A DNA stretch of 64,000 nucleotides from an uncultured Gemmatimonadaceae bacterium (GTDB lineage Bacteria; Gemmatimonadota; Gemmatimonadetes; Gemmatimonadales; Gemmatimonadaceae). Positions 39,512 to 51,276 of this stretch are shown piece after piece. The translations under genes were made by a program, and so were the position numbers. Numbering within the stretch: position 1 is the first letter of the stretch; each line of letters starts with the position of its first letter. The notes under the pieces are model-generated. The model ran no database searches and was not told the DNA's origin. It was given only the letters and a program-made list of their open reading frames with translations. Where the stretch lies: positions 128,001 through 192,000 of the forward strand of contig CAVVTZ010000009.1 of NCBI GenBank assembly GCA_963751275.1, written 5' to 3'.

Positions 39512-41926
39512 ATGGAACATTCTCTGGCAGGACGTGCGCCACGCGCTGCGGCAGTTCCGCACGCAGCGCCAGTTCACGATCGCCGCGCTGCTCGTGCTGG
39601 GGCTGGGTATTGGCGCGAATGCCACGATCTTCACGGTGGTCGACCGCGTGCTGCTCACGCCGCTGCCGTACCACGCGCCCGACGATCTCGTGATGATCTG
39701 GGAGAAGAACGTTCCCGGGAATTTCGCGCACAACGTGGTGAACCCGCAGAATTATCTCGATTGGAAGGACCGGTCCACGTCGTTCAGCGACATGGCGGCG
39801 TTCACGTGGAGCCAGATGGTGCTGCTGGGCAGCGGGGCGCCCGAGCGCGTGTACGGCCGCTCGGTGACGCCGAATCTCTTCGCGTTGCTGGGCGCGCGGC
39901 CGGCGCTCGGCCGCACGTTCACGGCCGAGGAATCGCGGCCGAAGGGGCCGAACGTCGTGATCCTGAGCGACAAGCTCTGGCGGCGGCGCTATGCCGCGGA
40001 TCCGCAGATCGTCGGAAAGACTATCGAGGTGTCGGGCGGGAATCCCACCGTGGTGGGCGTGATGCCGGCGAGCTTCCGGCCGCTCTCGAACGAGGAATAC
40101 TGGGACCCGTTCGCGCTCGATCCATCGGATCGTTCGCGGCACGGCCGCTACGTGATGGCGATCGGGCGGCTCAAGCCGGGCGTGACGCGCGCGCAGGCGG
40201 AGGCCGACGTGACGGCGATCGGGGCGCAGCTCGAGAAGGAATATCCCGCGTTCGACACGGGGTGGCGCGCGAGCGTGGTGGGGCTGGCGGATGAGATCGT
40301 GGGGTCGTCGAAGAGCGTGATCCTCGTGCTCTTCGGCGCGGTATCGCTCGTGCTGCTGATCACGTGCGCCAATGTGGGCAACCTGATGCTCACGCGCGCC
40401 GCGTCGCGGCGGCGCGAAGTAGCCGTGCGCACGGCGCTCGGCGCCACGCGCTGGCGGTTGGCGCGCGAATGGCTGGTGGAGAATCTGATCCTCGCCCTCG
40501 CGGGTGGCGCGATCGGGCTCACACTCACCGCGTACGCGGTGGACCTGCTGGTCGCGGCGTCGCCGTCGGGAGTGCCGCGGCTGCATGAGATCGCGCTGGA
40601 CGGCCGAGTGATCGCGGCCACGGCGCTGGTGACGATCGTCGTGGGGCTCGTGATCGGCGCGCCCGCGGCACTGCAGGAGCGCACGACGCGACTGGCCGCC
40701 GATCTGCAGGGCGCGAGCACGCGCACCGCGGGCAGCGTGCAGGCGGCGCGATTCCGCTCGGTGCTCGTGGTGGCGCAGATGTCGCTGGCGGTGGTGCTGC
40801 TGCTCGCGAGCGGATTGCTCGTGCGCTCGGTGGCGCGCCTCGCGCAGGTGGATCCGGGCTTCGATCCCAAGGGCGTGCTCACGCTCGGCGTGACGCTGCC
40901 TTCGGACAAGTATCCCGATCTCGCGCGGCAGGCGGCGTTCTTCAACGAGTTCTCCGCGCGCCTCGCGGCGCTGCCCGGCGTGGAGAAAGTGGGCGCGGTG
41001 AGCTTCCTGCCGCTGCAGGCCGGGAACGCGGGCACCGGCTTCGACGGTGATCGGGCAGCCCGAGCCCGCTCCGGGCATGGGGCCATCGGCGTCCGTGCGT
41101 ATAACGGATCCGGGGTATTTCGCGGCCATGCGTATCCCGGTGATCAAGGGGCGCGCACTATCGGCCGCCGACCGCGAGGGCACGCCGCGCGTGGTGGCGG
41201 TGAGCGAGCTACTCGCCAAGAAGATCTGGCCGAACGGCGACGCGATCGGCCAGCGGATCAAGGTGTACTATGGCCGGCCAAACGACACGCTCGAAGTGGT
41301 GGGCGTGGTGGGCGACGTGCGCCACAACGGGCTCGACGAGGATGTGAACCAGACCATCTACTATCCCGCGTCGCAGTACAACTACGGTGCGCTCACCTAC
41401 GTGATCCGCACGGCCGGGTCCGCCGGCGAACGCCGCGCCGGCCGTGCGCGCCGCGTTGCACGATCTGGATCCGAACGTGCCCGCCGAAGATGTGGGCACG
41501 ATGGATCACTGGGTGACTCGCTCGATGAGCGACCGCCGCGATCCGATGCTGGTGCTCACGATCTTCGCCGCGCTCGCGGTGACGATCGCGGCGGTGGGCG
41601 TGTACGCGGTGCTGTCGTTCGGCGTGAGCCAGCGCACGCGCGAGATCGGCGTGCGCATGGCGCTCGGCGCACAGCCGCGCGAAGTGCTCTCGATGGTGCT
41701 CGGCGGCGGGCTGCGGCTGACGCTCATCGGCATTGTGCTCGGCGTCATCGGCGGCGCCATCGCCACGCGCGCGCTCGACAAGCTGCTCTTCCACGTGCAA
41801 CCCACCGACCCGCTCACGATCGGCGCCGTCGCATTGCTGCTCGGCATCGTGGCGCTCGTCGCGATGTACGTGCCGGCGCGTCGCGCGGCGAAGGTGGATC
41901 CGGTGGTCGCGCTCCGATCCGAATAG
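39512..41926 (+). CDS. ABC permease, ADOP family (2 of 7); frameshifts near 39516, 41044 and 41418
   Basis: Pieces 39534.., 41047.. and 41444..41926 join into one full permease ([10 protein letters not shown] ... DPVVALRSE). Confidence 0.88.
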
Positions 41927-41934
41927 GAGGCTCC

Positions 41935-44365
41935 ATGGAAACTCTCCTGCAGGATCTCCGCTATGCGGCGCGCGCGCTGCGGCGGAATCCGGTGTTCACG
42001 CTGGCGGCGGTGCTCACGCTCGCGATCGGCATCGGCGCGAATACGGCGGTGTTCAGCGTCGTGAATGCGGTGCTGCTGCGCGCGATGCCGTACCCCGATC
42101 CCGACCGGCTGGTGGTGATCTGGGGCACGCTCGGGCAGGAGCAACGCACGCTCATCTCGCTTCCGGACATCGTGGAGATGCGCGCGCGCAACCGGACGTT
42201 CGACGAGCTGTCGATAGTCCGCTCGCAGAGCGTGAACCTCACGGGCGTGGATGCGCCCGACCGGCTGATCGGCAGCTTCGTGAGCGCGAACGCGCTGACA
42301 GTGCTCGGGGCGACGGCCGAGCGCGGCCGGCTGTTCACGCCGGAGGAAACAGAACAGGGCAACGGTGCGGCGGTGGCGGTGCTCTCGCACGGGGCGTGGA
42401 TGACGCGCTTCGGCGGCGATCCCAACATCGTCGGCCGCTCGATCACGCTCAATGGGCGGCCGCACGTCGTGATCGGCGTTACCTCTCCGGGGTTCCGTGA
42501 TCCAATGGGCGACGACGACGTCTGGCTGCCGGTCCTGTCCGCGCCGGGCGCGAGCATGACGGAGCGCAGCGCCCCTGACAATATCTTCCGCGTGTGGAGC
42601 GTGGGCCGGATGAAGCCGGGCGTGTCGCTCGCGCAGGCCAAGGCCGACCTGGGCGCGATCGCGGCGGATCTCGCGAAGGAGTATCCGGTCACGAACGTCG
42701 GACAGGGCGTGAACATCATCTCGCTCAAGCAGACCGTGGTCGGCTCGCTGCGTCCCGTTCTGTTGACGGTGTTCGCGTTCGTGATGGTCGTGCTGCTCAT
42801 CGCGTGCGCGAATGTGGCGAATCTGCAGCTCGCCCGCGCCACCGCGCGCGAGAAGGAACTGTCCCTGCGCGCCGCCCTCGGTGCCGGCCGCGGACGCATC
42901 ATCCGCCAGCTGCTCACCGAGAGCGTATTGCTCTCCGTGCTCGGCGGCGCGCTCGGCATTCTCGTGGGCGTCTGGGCCACGCGCGCGATGGTCGCCGCCG
43001 TCCCCGGCGGCCTGCCGGGTTTCGCCGAGGTGACGCTCGACCCGCAGGTGCTGGCCTTCTCGATATTGGTGACGCTGGGTTCGGGCGTGTTGTTCGGCCT
43101 GGCCCCCGCATTGTTCGCCAGCCGCACGAACCTCCGCGGCGGCGTCGGCTCCGCCGGCTTCAGTCGTCAGTCGTCAGTCGATGGCCGCCGTTGGCATTTG
43201 AGAGATCTCCTCGTCGCCGGCCAACTCGCCCTCTGCATCGTGCTCCTCGTCGGCGCCGGCTTGCTCACGCGCAGCCTGGTCGCGCTGCGTCGAGTGGACG
43301 CCGGTTTCGACGCGCGCAACGTGCTCACCGCGGAGTTCCGGCTGCCGCGCAACAAGTACGACTCGCCGGCGAAGATCAACCAGTTCATGGCGCGCGCGCT
43401 GGCTTCGATCCGCGCGGTGCCCGGGATCAAGGATGCGGCGCTGGTGCAAGCGGTGCCGCTCAGCGGGAATTACGGACTCGTCACGTTCGAGCTGGACGGG
43501 AACGGGCCCATCGACCACACCGCCCACCGCGCTCCAGAACGTCGTGACCAATGGCTTCTTCCGGACGATGGGGATCCCGATGCACGCCGGCCGCGACTTC
43601 GATGCGCGCGACCGCATCGATGCGCCGCCCGTGGCGATCGTGAGCGAGGAATTCGCGCGCCAGGCGTGGCCAGGTGAGAATGCGATCGGGCGGCGCGTGA
43701 AGATCTTCGGTCCGCCCAATGTGTGGGTGACCGTGGTGGGCGTGGTGGGCGACGTCAAGCAGCGGTCGTTCGACGACGCGCCCCCCGGCGGCCAGATCTA
43801 CCAGCCGGTGGAGCAGGGGATCGGGATCTTCAACAGCGTGGTCGCGCGCACCGCGGGCGATCCGGATCTGCTGGCGAAGCAGCTGCGCGCCGCGATCTGG
43901 AGCGTCGATGCGGACCAGCCGGTATGGAAGGTGCGCTCGCAGGAATTCCTCGTGGAGCGCGATTTCTCGCCGCGCCGCTTCGCGCTCTCGCTCGCGGGGG
44001 TGTTCGCGCTGCTGGCGGTGATCCTCGCCGCGATCGGCGTGTACGGCGTGATGAGTTACATGCTCGCGCAGCGGACGCGCGAGCTGGGCATCCGGCTGGC
44101 GCTCGGCGCGCGGCGGTCATCGCTCGTGGGACTGGTGCTCGCGCGCGGGACGCGCGTGATCGCCGCGGCGATCGTGGTGGGCGTGATCGCGGCGTTCGCC
44201 GCGGCGCGGCTGATGCAGAGCCAGCTGTTCGGCGTGAGCGCCTCCGATCCTCTGACATTCCTCGCCGTACCGATCCTGTTGGGCGCCGTTGCACTCGTCG
44301 CCACGTATCTCCCCGCGCGGCGCGCGGCGAACGTGGATCCCATGATCGCCATCCGCTCGGAGTAA
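41935..44365 (+). CDS. ABC permease, ADOP family (3 of 7); frameshift near 43500-43520
   Basis: RBS ggagg; [13 protein letters not shown]...; continues in ORF 43433..44365 ending DPMIAIRSE. Confidence 0.9.
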
Positions 44366-44368
44366 CGC

Positions 44369-46798
44369 GTGGACACTCTCTGGCAGGACATCCGCTACGC
44401 AGTACGGCAGTTGGCGAAATACCGGCATTTCACGATCGCCGCGCTGCTCGTGCTCGGGCTCGGCATCGGCGCGAACGCCACGATATTCGGGCTGATGCAG
44501 GGGATGCTGTATCGTCCGCTGCCGGGCGTCGCGCACTCGGAGCGCCTGGTGGATTACACCGAGAACGTCGTGTCGTATCCGGAGTACCACGATCTGCACG
44601 CTGACACGCGCAGTCTGATCGAACTCGCCGGCGCAAGCGGCCGCAGCATGACGCTCTCGGGCGACGGACGTGCGACGCTCGTATCCACGCAGGTCGTCAG
44701 TGGGAATTTCTTTGATGTGGTGGGCGTGCGCGCCGAGCTCGGCCGCGTGCTTGCGCCGAGTGATGATGTTCCGGGCGCGGCGCCGGTCGCGGTGCTCAGC
44801 GGCGCTTACTGGCGGCGCGAGTTCGGCGGCGACAAGGGCGTGATCGGCCGCACCGTGTTGCTCAATGACCGCCCGGTGATGATCGTTGGCGTAGCCGCGC
44901 CTGATTTCCGCGGCCTCTGGCTCGAGAGTTCGCCGTCATTCTGGTTGCCGATATCGGCGTGGCCCGGTCTCGTGCCCACCAACATGGCGCGCCTCGATCT
45001 GAACGGCCGCAACTGGAGCTGGATCAGAGTGTTCGGCCGGCTCGCTCCGGGCGCAACCGTGGCGCAGGCCGCCGCGGCGATGTCGGCGTCGTTCGAGCGG
45101 CAGCGTCTGACGTACGCGCCGGGCGAGAAGCCGCAGGACGCGGTGGTGCTGCAATCATCGGTGGAGGCGTTCGCCGGCCTCTCGCATTCCACGATCGCGC
45201 GATTCACCGGCGTGCTCATGGGCGTCGTGGGGATCGTGCTGCTGCTCATCTGCGCGAATGTCGCGAATCTGCTGCTCGCGCGCGGCGCAGCGCGCCGCCG
45301 CGAAGTGGGAGTGCGATTGGCGCTCGGCGCGACCCGGGCGCGGCTCATGCGGCAGCTGTTCACCGAGAGCGCCGTGCTCGCCGCGGCCGCCGTGGTGGTG
45401 GCGTTCGGCATCGCGAGCCTGGCCGGTGACGCGCTCGGCCGCATGAGCTTCAGCGGCACATCGTTCTCCGGACTCAACATCGCGCCGGACTGGCTGACGA
45501 TCGTCTTCATGGCCGCGCTGGCGTTGGGCGCGACGCTCATCTTCGGACTCGCACCGGCGCGGCAGACGCTCGCCGTGGATCTCACGCCCGCGCTCCGCGA
45601 CGGTACTGCCGGCGCCGGAGAGCGGCGCACGCGGCTCCGCGGTGTGCTGCTCGCGTCGCAGGTGGCGCTCAGTCTCGTGCTGCTCATTGGCGCCGGACTG
45701 TTCACGCGGGGGCTGCAGCGCGCGCTCACCATCGATCCGGGCTTCGCCGTGGGTCATGTCGCGGTGGCCGCGGTGAACATGGGGCTCTCGCACTATGATG
45801 CGGCGCGCGCCACGGCCTATTACCGGCAGGCCAACGACCGCCTCTCGCAAACGAAGGGCGTGGCCGCGTTCGCGTGGGCAACAGACACGCCGCTCAGCGA
45901 CGGCATGGACAAGGAATCGTTCCGGATCCCGGGTTACACTCCGGCGGCGGACGAGCGCATGAGCGTGGAGAACGGCGCTGTGAGTGCTGGCTATTTCTCC
46001 GTGTTGCGCGTGCCGCTGGTGGTGGGGCGCGAGTTCGACGCGCACGACACGCCGGAGAGCGCGCCAGTGGTCGTGGTGAACCAGACGATGGCCACGCGGT
46101 ACTGGCCCAATGGCGCGGTCGGCCAGCAGGTCGAGATCCACGGCCAACTCGCCTCGGTCGTGGGCGTCGTGAAGGACGTGAAATACCATGGCCTTCGCGA
46201 GAAGCCGCGCCCGTATCTCTACGCATCCATGGAGCAGCATGTGGCCAATGTGGGCGTGGGCGATGTCGTGCTGCTCGCGCGTACACCCGGTGATCCGACT
46301 GCCGCCGAGCCGGTGATCCGCGCGGCGCTCATCGGTGCCGATCCGCACGTGACGCCGTTTGGCTTTGGCACGCTCAGCGACAAGCTCGGCGAAGTGCTCT
46401 TCCCGCAGCGCGCCGGCGCGTTCACGCTCGGGGCGTTTAGTATTCTCGCGCTCATCGTCGCACTCGTCGGCGTGCACGGCGTGGTGAGCTACGCTGTGAG
46501 CCGCCGCACGCGCGAGATCGGCATCCGCGTCGCGCTCGGCGCGCGCGGCGACCGCGTGGTCAACGAACTCGTGCGCGAGCACGTGCCATACATCGCCGCC
46601 GGCGTCGTCGCGGGGCTCGCCCTGTCCGCCGCCGGCACCCGCGCGCTCGCCAGTTTCCTCTATGGCGTGAGCTCCACCGATCTCCCCACGTTCGCCGGCG
46701 CGTCGCTCGCGCTGGCGGTCGCCGCCCTCCTCGCGGCCGCGATCCCCGCGCGCCGCGCCGCCAAAGTCGATCCCATGGTCGCCCTGAGGTACGAGTAG
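44369..46798 (+). CDS. ABC permease, ADOP family (4 of 7)
   Basis: Intact 809 aa with the same signature motifs, ending DPMVALRYE. Confidence 0.95.
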   Translation: MDTLWQDIRYAVRQLAKYRHFTIAALLVLGLGIGANATIFGLMQGMLYRPLPGVAHSERLVDYTENVVSYPEYHDLHADTRSLIELAGASGRSMTLSGDGRATLVSTQVVSGNFFDVVGVRAELGRVLAPSDDVPGAAPVAVLSGAYWRREFGGDKGVIGRTVLLNDRPVMIVGVAAPDFRGLWLESSPSFWLPISAWPGLVPTNMARLDLNGRNWSWIRVFGRLAPGATVAQAAAAMSASFERQRLTYAPGEKPQDAVVLQSSVEAFAGLSHSTIARFTGVLMGVVGIVLLLICANVANLLLARGAARRREVGVRLALGATRARLMRQLFTESAVLAAAAVVVAFGIASLAGDALGRMSFSGTSFSGLNIAPDWLTIVFMAALALGATLIFGLAPARQTLAVDLTPALRDGTAGAGERRTRLRGVLLASQVALSLVLLIGAGLFTRGLQRALTIDPGFAVGHVAVAAVNMGLSHYDAARATAYYRQANDRLSQTKGVAAFAWATDTPLSDGMDKESFRIPGYTPAADERMSVENGAVSAGYFSVLRVPLVVGREFDAHDTPESAPVVVVNQTMATRYWPNGAVGQQVEIHGQLASVVGVVKDVKYHGLREKPRPYLYASMEQHVANVGVGDVVLLARTPGDPTAAEPVIRAALIGADPHVTPFGFGTLSDKLGEVLFPQRAGAFTLGAFSILALIVALVGVHGVVSYAVSRRTREIGIRVALGARGDRVVNELVREHVPYIAAGVVAGLALSAAGTRALASFLYGVSSTDLPTFAGASLALAVAALLAAAIPARRAAKVDPMVALRYE

Positions 46799-47470
46799 AT
46801 GATCTCGCTCAAGAGCATCGAGAAGAGTTACCCCATTTCCGGCGGACAGGTGTACGTCCTCCGGCACATCACGCTCGACATCAAGAAGGGCGAGTTCGTG
46901 ACCATCATGGGCCCGTCGGGGGCGGGGAAGAGCACGCTGCTCTCCGTGCTCGGCATGCTCGACGGCGCATGGACCGGCGAGTACCAGCTCATGGAGCACG
47001 CCGTGCACAAGCTGGATCCCAAGCGCCGCGTGGCGCTGCACAAGCAGTACGTGGGCTTCGTCTTCCAGCAGTATCACCTGCTGGACGATCTCACCGTGGC
47101 GGAGAACCTCGACCTGCCGCTCTCGTACCGCGACATCAAGAAGACCGAGCGCCAGGCCGTGGTGGCCGACACGCTCGACCGTTTCGGCATCGTCGCCAAG
47201 AAGGATCTCTATCCCACGCAGCTCTCCGGCGGGCAGCAGCAGCTGGTGGCCGTCGCGCGCGCGGTGATCCACCAGCCCGCGCTCATCCTCGCGGACGAGC
47301 CCACCGGCAACCTGCATTCGGCGCAGGGGCGCGAGATCATGCAGCTGTTCAAGACGCTCAATGCGCAGGGCACCACGATCATCCAGGTCACGCACTCTGA
47401 AGAGAACGCGACCTACGGCCACCGGATCATCCGGCTCAAGGATGGCTGGCTGGACAAGGAGGCGTCATGA
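46799..47470 (+). CDS. ABC transporter ATP-binding protein (second copy)
   Basis: [24 protein letters not shown] and VTHS. Confidence 0.96.
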   Translation: MISLKSIEKSYPISGGQVYVLRHITLDIKKGEFVTIMGPSGAGKSTLLSVLGMLDGAWTGEYQLMEHAVHKLDPKRRVALHKQYVGFVFQQYHLLDDLTVAENLDLPLSYRDIKKTERQAVVADTLDRFGIVAKKDLYPTQLSGGQQQLVAVARAVIHQPALILADEPTGNLHSAQGREIMQLFKTLNAQGTTIIQVTHSEENATYGHRIIRLKDGWLDKEAS

Positions 47471-49873
47471 GTGAGATCAAGCTCGCCTTCCGGCGCCTGA
47501 TCAAGGCCCCGCTCTTCACTGGCGTGGCGGTGCTGACGCTCGCGCTCGGCATCGGCGCGAACAGCGCGGTGTTCTCCGTGGTGAATGCGGTGCTCCTCCG
47601 GCCGCTGCCGTATCCCGACGAAGGGCGGCTCATGATGCTGTATCCGCATGACGCCGACGGAGAAGAGACCTTCTCGCCCGCGGACTTCGTACGATTCGAA
47701 CGCGACAGCCGGCTCGTGTCGCCGGTGGCCGCGATGCGCGAGTGGACGTTCAACGTCGGCACGGGCGGTCGGCCCGAGAAGGCGGACGGCGCGATCGTGA
47801 CCGCGGGATTCTTCAAGACGCTGGGCGTTTCGCCCGAGCTCGGCCGGTGGCCCGAGGAAACGAGCCCGGGCCGCCTCAACACGGGTGAAGTCGTGATCGG
47901 GGATGGCTACTGGCGCACGAGCCTCGGCGGCCGGCCCGACATCCTCGGCACGGTGATCGATCTCAACGGAGAGCCCGTGGCGGTAGTGGGCGTGATGCCG
48001 CCCGGTTACGATGTGCCGGTGGGCGCGGAGATCTGGCGGCCGTCGCCGTTCGCGGTGCCTCCCACTCCACTGCGGCCGACCGAGGATGTCTCCACCGAGA
48101 CGGACACGCATTATTTCGAGGCGATCGGACGCGTGCGATCGGATGTATCCGTCGAGGCGGCGCACGCCGAAGCGAGCGCGATCGTGAGTCGCAACGCGCG
48201 GATCGAGAACGGGAAGCCGGAATTCGATGGGGCGTCGCTGATCACGATCCACGAGGACCGGGTGGGTGAGAGCCGATCCGCGCTGCTGCTGCTCCTCGGC
48301 GCGGCGGGGGTGCTCTTGCTCATCGCGAGCGTGAATCTCGCGAACCTGTTGCTCGCCCGCGCTGCGGCGCGGTCGCGCGAATGGCTCGTGCGCTCCGCGC
48401 TCGGGGCCGGCCGCTGGCAATTGGCCAAGGAGCAACTCATCGAGAGCGTGATGCTCGCGGTGTTCGGCGGCGGGGCCGGACTGCTCATCGCGACGTGGGG
48501 CGTGGCCTCGCTGCGTTCGCTCGCTCCCTTCGACCTGCAGTCGCTCATCGATCCCGCGCCCGATTGGCGCGTGGTGGGTTTCACGATGGCGGTCGCGATC
48601 GCGACCGGCATCGCGTTCGGGGTGGGTCCGGCGCTGCAGACCGGGCGCGGGGATCTGGCGGCCGGCATGCGCGAGGGCGGGCGCGGCGCGGTGGATTCGC
48701 GCGCGCGGCGCCGCGTGCGGGATACGCTCGCCGTGAGTGAAGTGGCGCTCGCCTGCGTGCTCGCGGTGGGGGCCGGCCTGCTCGTGAAAGCCTTCGTGTC
48801 CGTCCAGAATGTGAGCGAAGGATTCGAGACGCGCGGCGTGGTGACGATGGCGCTGACCCTCCCGCAGGTGAAGTATCCCGACGGTGAGCGGCGCGCCGCG
48901 TTCGTGGATCAGGTTGTGCCGGCGATCGCGGCGCTGCCGCAGGTCACGTCGGTGGGCGTGATCAGCCGGCTGCCGTTGAATCCGGGAGCCAGCCGCAGCG
49001 ACCTGAAGATCGAGGGACGCCAACAGCGTCCGGACGATCCGAATCCCGACTATCTGGTCGCGTCGCCGGGCTATTTCAAGGCGCTCTCGATCCCGATCAT
49101 CCGCGGGCGCGACTTCGATCCACGCGACCGGCTGAACGCGCCGCAGGTCGCGATCGTGACCGCGAGCACCGCGCAGCGATTCTGGGGGACGACGGATGTG
49201 CTCGGCCAGCGCATCCAGATCCGCGACGACCGGTGGCGCACGATCGTGGGGGTCGTGGCCGATGTGCGCCAGCACGAGCTCGACCGCAAGCCGATGCCGG
49301 GGGTGTACCTCCCGTATGATCAGGACGCGTGGGCGAATTTCACGCTCGCGGTGCGCGGCCCCGGCAATGCCGCGGCGATGACCGGATCCATCGAGCGCGC
49401 GATCCACGCGCTGGATGCCGACCAGGCGGTGTACGCGGTGCGCACCATGGATGAAGTCGTTGCGCGCTCACTCGCGGCGCGCCGCTTCACCCTGATGCTC
49501 GATCTCGCTGTTCACGGCGGTCGCGCTCTTGCTCGCGGCGGTGGGCGTCTATGGCGTGATCGCCTATGGCGTCGCCCAGCGGACGCGCGAGATGGGCGTT
49601 CGCGTCGCGCTCGGGGCGCTCCCGCGCGATGTCGTGCGCCTCGTCGTGCGCGACGGCATGCTCGTGGCGGGCGCGGGCGTGGCGGCGGGGCTGCTCATCG
49701 CGCTCGCGCTCGCGCCAGTGCTCAAGGCGATGCTGTATGCGGTGCAGCCGCGCGATCCGGCCACCTTCCTCGCGGTGGGCGGCATGGTGGCGGCAGTGGC
49801 GCTGCTGGCGAGCTGGATCCCCGCGCGCCGGGCGGCGCGCGTGGACCCGCTGGAGGCGCTGCGCGAGGAGTGA
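47467..49873 (+). CDS. ABC permease, ADOP family (5 of 7); frameshift near 49500
   Basis: ORF 47467 continues in the frame of 49529..49873 (LAAVGVYGV...DPLEALREE). Confidence 0.9.
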
Positions 49874-49906
49874 CGCTCCGCCCTCGCGGGCGATAATCTT
49901 AGCATC

Positions 49907-51268
49907 ATGCGCCACGCCTCCGCCCGCCTGCTCGTCGCCGACGACGCGCGCGACATCCTCGATGCCCTCGAACTGCTCTTCCGCAGCGAAGGCTACGAGG
50001 TATCCACCGTCGCCAGCCCCGGGGCCGTGCTCGCCGCGGTGGAGGAGCGCGACTACGACGCGCTGCTGATGGACATGAACTACATGCGTGACACCACCGG
50101 CGGCACGGAGGGGCTCGATCTCCTCTCGCGCCTGCAGCAGCTCGACGCCACGCTGCCGGTGGTCGTCATGACGGCGTGGGGCTCGATCGAGGGCGCCGTG
50201 GAAGCGCTGCGCCGCGGTGCGCGCGACTACATCGAGAAGCCCTTCGACAACGAGCGCCTCCTCCAGGTGCTGCGCACCCAGGTGGAACTCGGCCGCGCGA
50301 TTCGCCGCAGCCAGCGCCTCGAGAGCGAGAATCTCGCGCTTCGCCCCGTGGGCGCGCCACAGCTCATCGCCGAGTCGGCGGCGATGCAGCCGGTTCTGCG
50401 GATGATGGAGAAGATCGGGCCGTCGGACGCGAACGCGCTCATCACCGGCGAGCACGGCACGGGCAAGGAAGTGATCGCCAACTGGCTGCACGCCGCGTCG
50501 CCGCGCGCGGTGCGCGCGATGGTGACGGTGAACCTCGGCGGGCTCGCCGAGGGCGTGTTCGAGAGCGAGATGTTCGGGCACCAGAAGGGTTCGTTCACCG
50601 ATGCGAAGGCCGATCGCGTGGGGCGATTCGAACTGGCCGACCTCGGCACGTTGTTCCTGGATGAGATCGCGAACCTGTCGCTCACGCAGCAGGCGAAACT
50701 ACTGCGCGTGCTGCAGGCGGGGGAATTCGAGCGCGTGGGCTCGAGCAAGACGCGGCGCGTGGACGTGCGCATCATCGCGGCGACCAACGCCGACCTGCGC
50801 GCCGAGGTGGCCGCGGGGCGCTTCCGTGAGGATCTCTTCTTCCGCTTGAACACGGTGGAATTGCACCTGCCGCCGCTGCGCGACCGGCGCGAGGACATCC
50901 CGCTGCTCGCGTCGTTCTTCCTGCGGCAGGCGGCGTCGCGCTATCGTAGCGCCGTGACGTCCATCGATCCGGAAGCGATGCGCGCGCTGCTGGCGTACGG
51001 ATGGCCGGGGAACGTGCGCGAGCTGGGCCACGCGATCGAACGCGCGACGCTGCTGGCCACGACCGACCGGATCACGACGGCGGAGCTGAATTTCCGCCCG
51101 ATGACCGACGCGAGCCCGCGGCTGGACGAGATGAGCCTCGAGGAGGTGGAGCGCGTGCTCATCACCAAGGCGCTCGCGCGCCACGACGGGAACGTGACGC
51201 TCGCCGCGCGCGCGCTGGGTTTGTCGCGCAGCGCGCTCTACCGGCGGCTGCAGCGCCACGGGCTGTAG
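49907..51268 (+). CDS. Sigma-54-dependent response regulator (NtrC family: receiver, AAA+, Fis-HTH)
   Basis: LVADD, MDMNY, GEHGTGKE, ESEMFGHQKGSFTDA, LFLDEI, FREDLFFRLN, WPGNVREL and C-terminal HTH. Confidence 0.96.
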   Translation: MRHASARLLVADDARDILDALELLFRSEGYEVSTVASPGAVLAAVEERDYDALLMDMNYMRDTTGGTEGLDLLSRLQQLDATLPVVVMTAWGSIEGAVEALRRGARDYIEKPFDNERLLQVLRTQVELGRAIRRSQRLESENLALRPVGAPQLIAESAAMQPVLRMMEKIGPSDANALITGEHGTGKEVIANWLHAASPRAVRAMVTVNLGGLAEGVFESEMFGHQKGSFTDAKADRVGRFELADLGTLFLDEIANLSLTQQAKLLRVLQAGEFERVGSSKTRRVDVRIIAATNADLRAEVAAGRFREDLFFRLNTVELHLPPLRDRREDIPLLASFFLRQAASRYRSAVTSIDPEAMRALLAYGWPGNVRELGHAIERATLLATTDRITTAELNFRPMTDASPRLDEMSLEEVERVLITKALARHDGNVTLAARALGLSRSALYRRLQRHGL

Positions 51269-51276
51269 CGCCCCGC

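Noticed and set aside
38124..41261. Long antisense or alternate-frame ORFs (e.g. 38124..41261, 30916..33528, 45155..47422, 6066..7859, 17039..18907)
   Set aside because: Shadow ORFs typical of high-GC coding DNA; they are Arg/Ala/Pro-rich and overlap well-supported genes.
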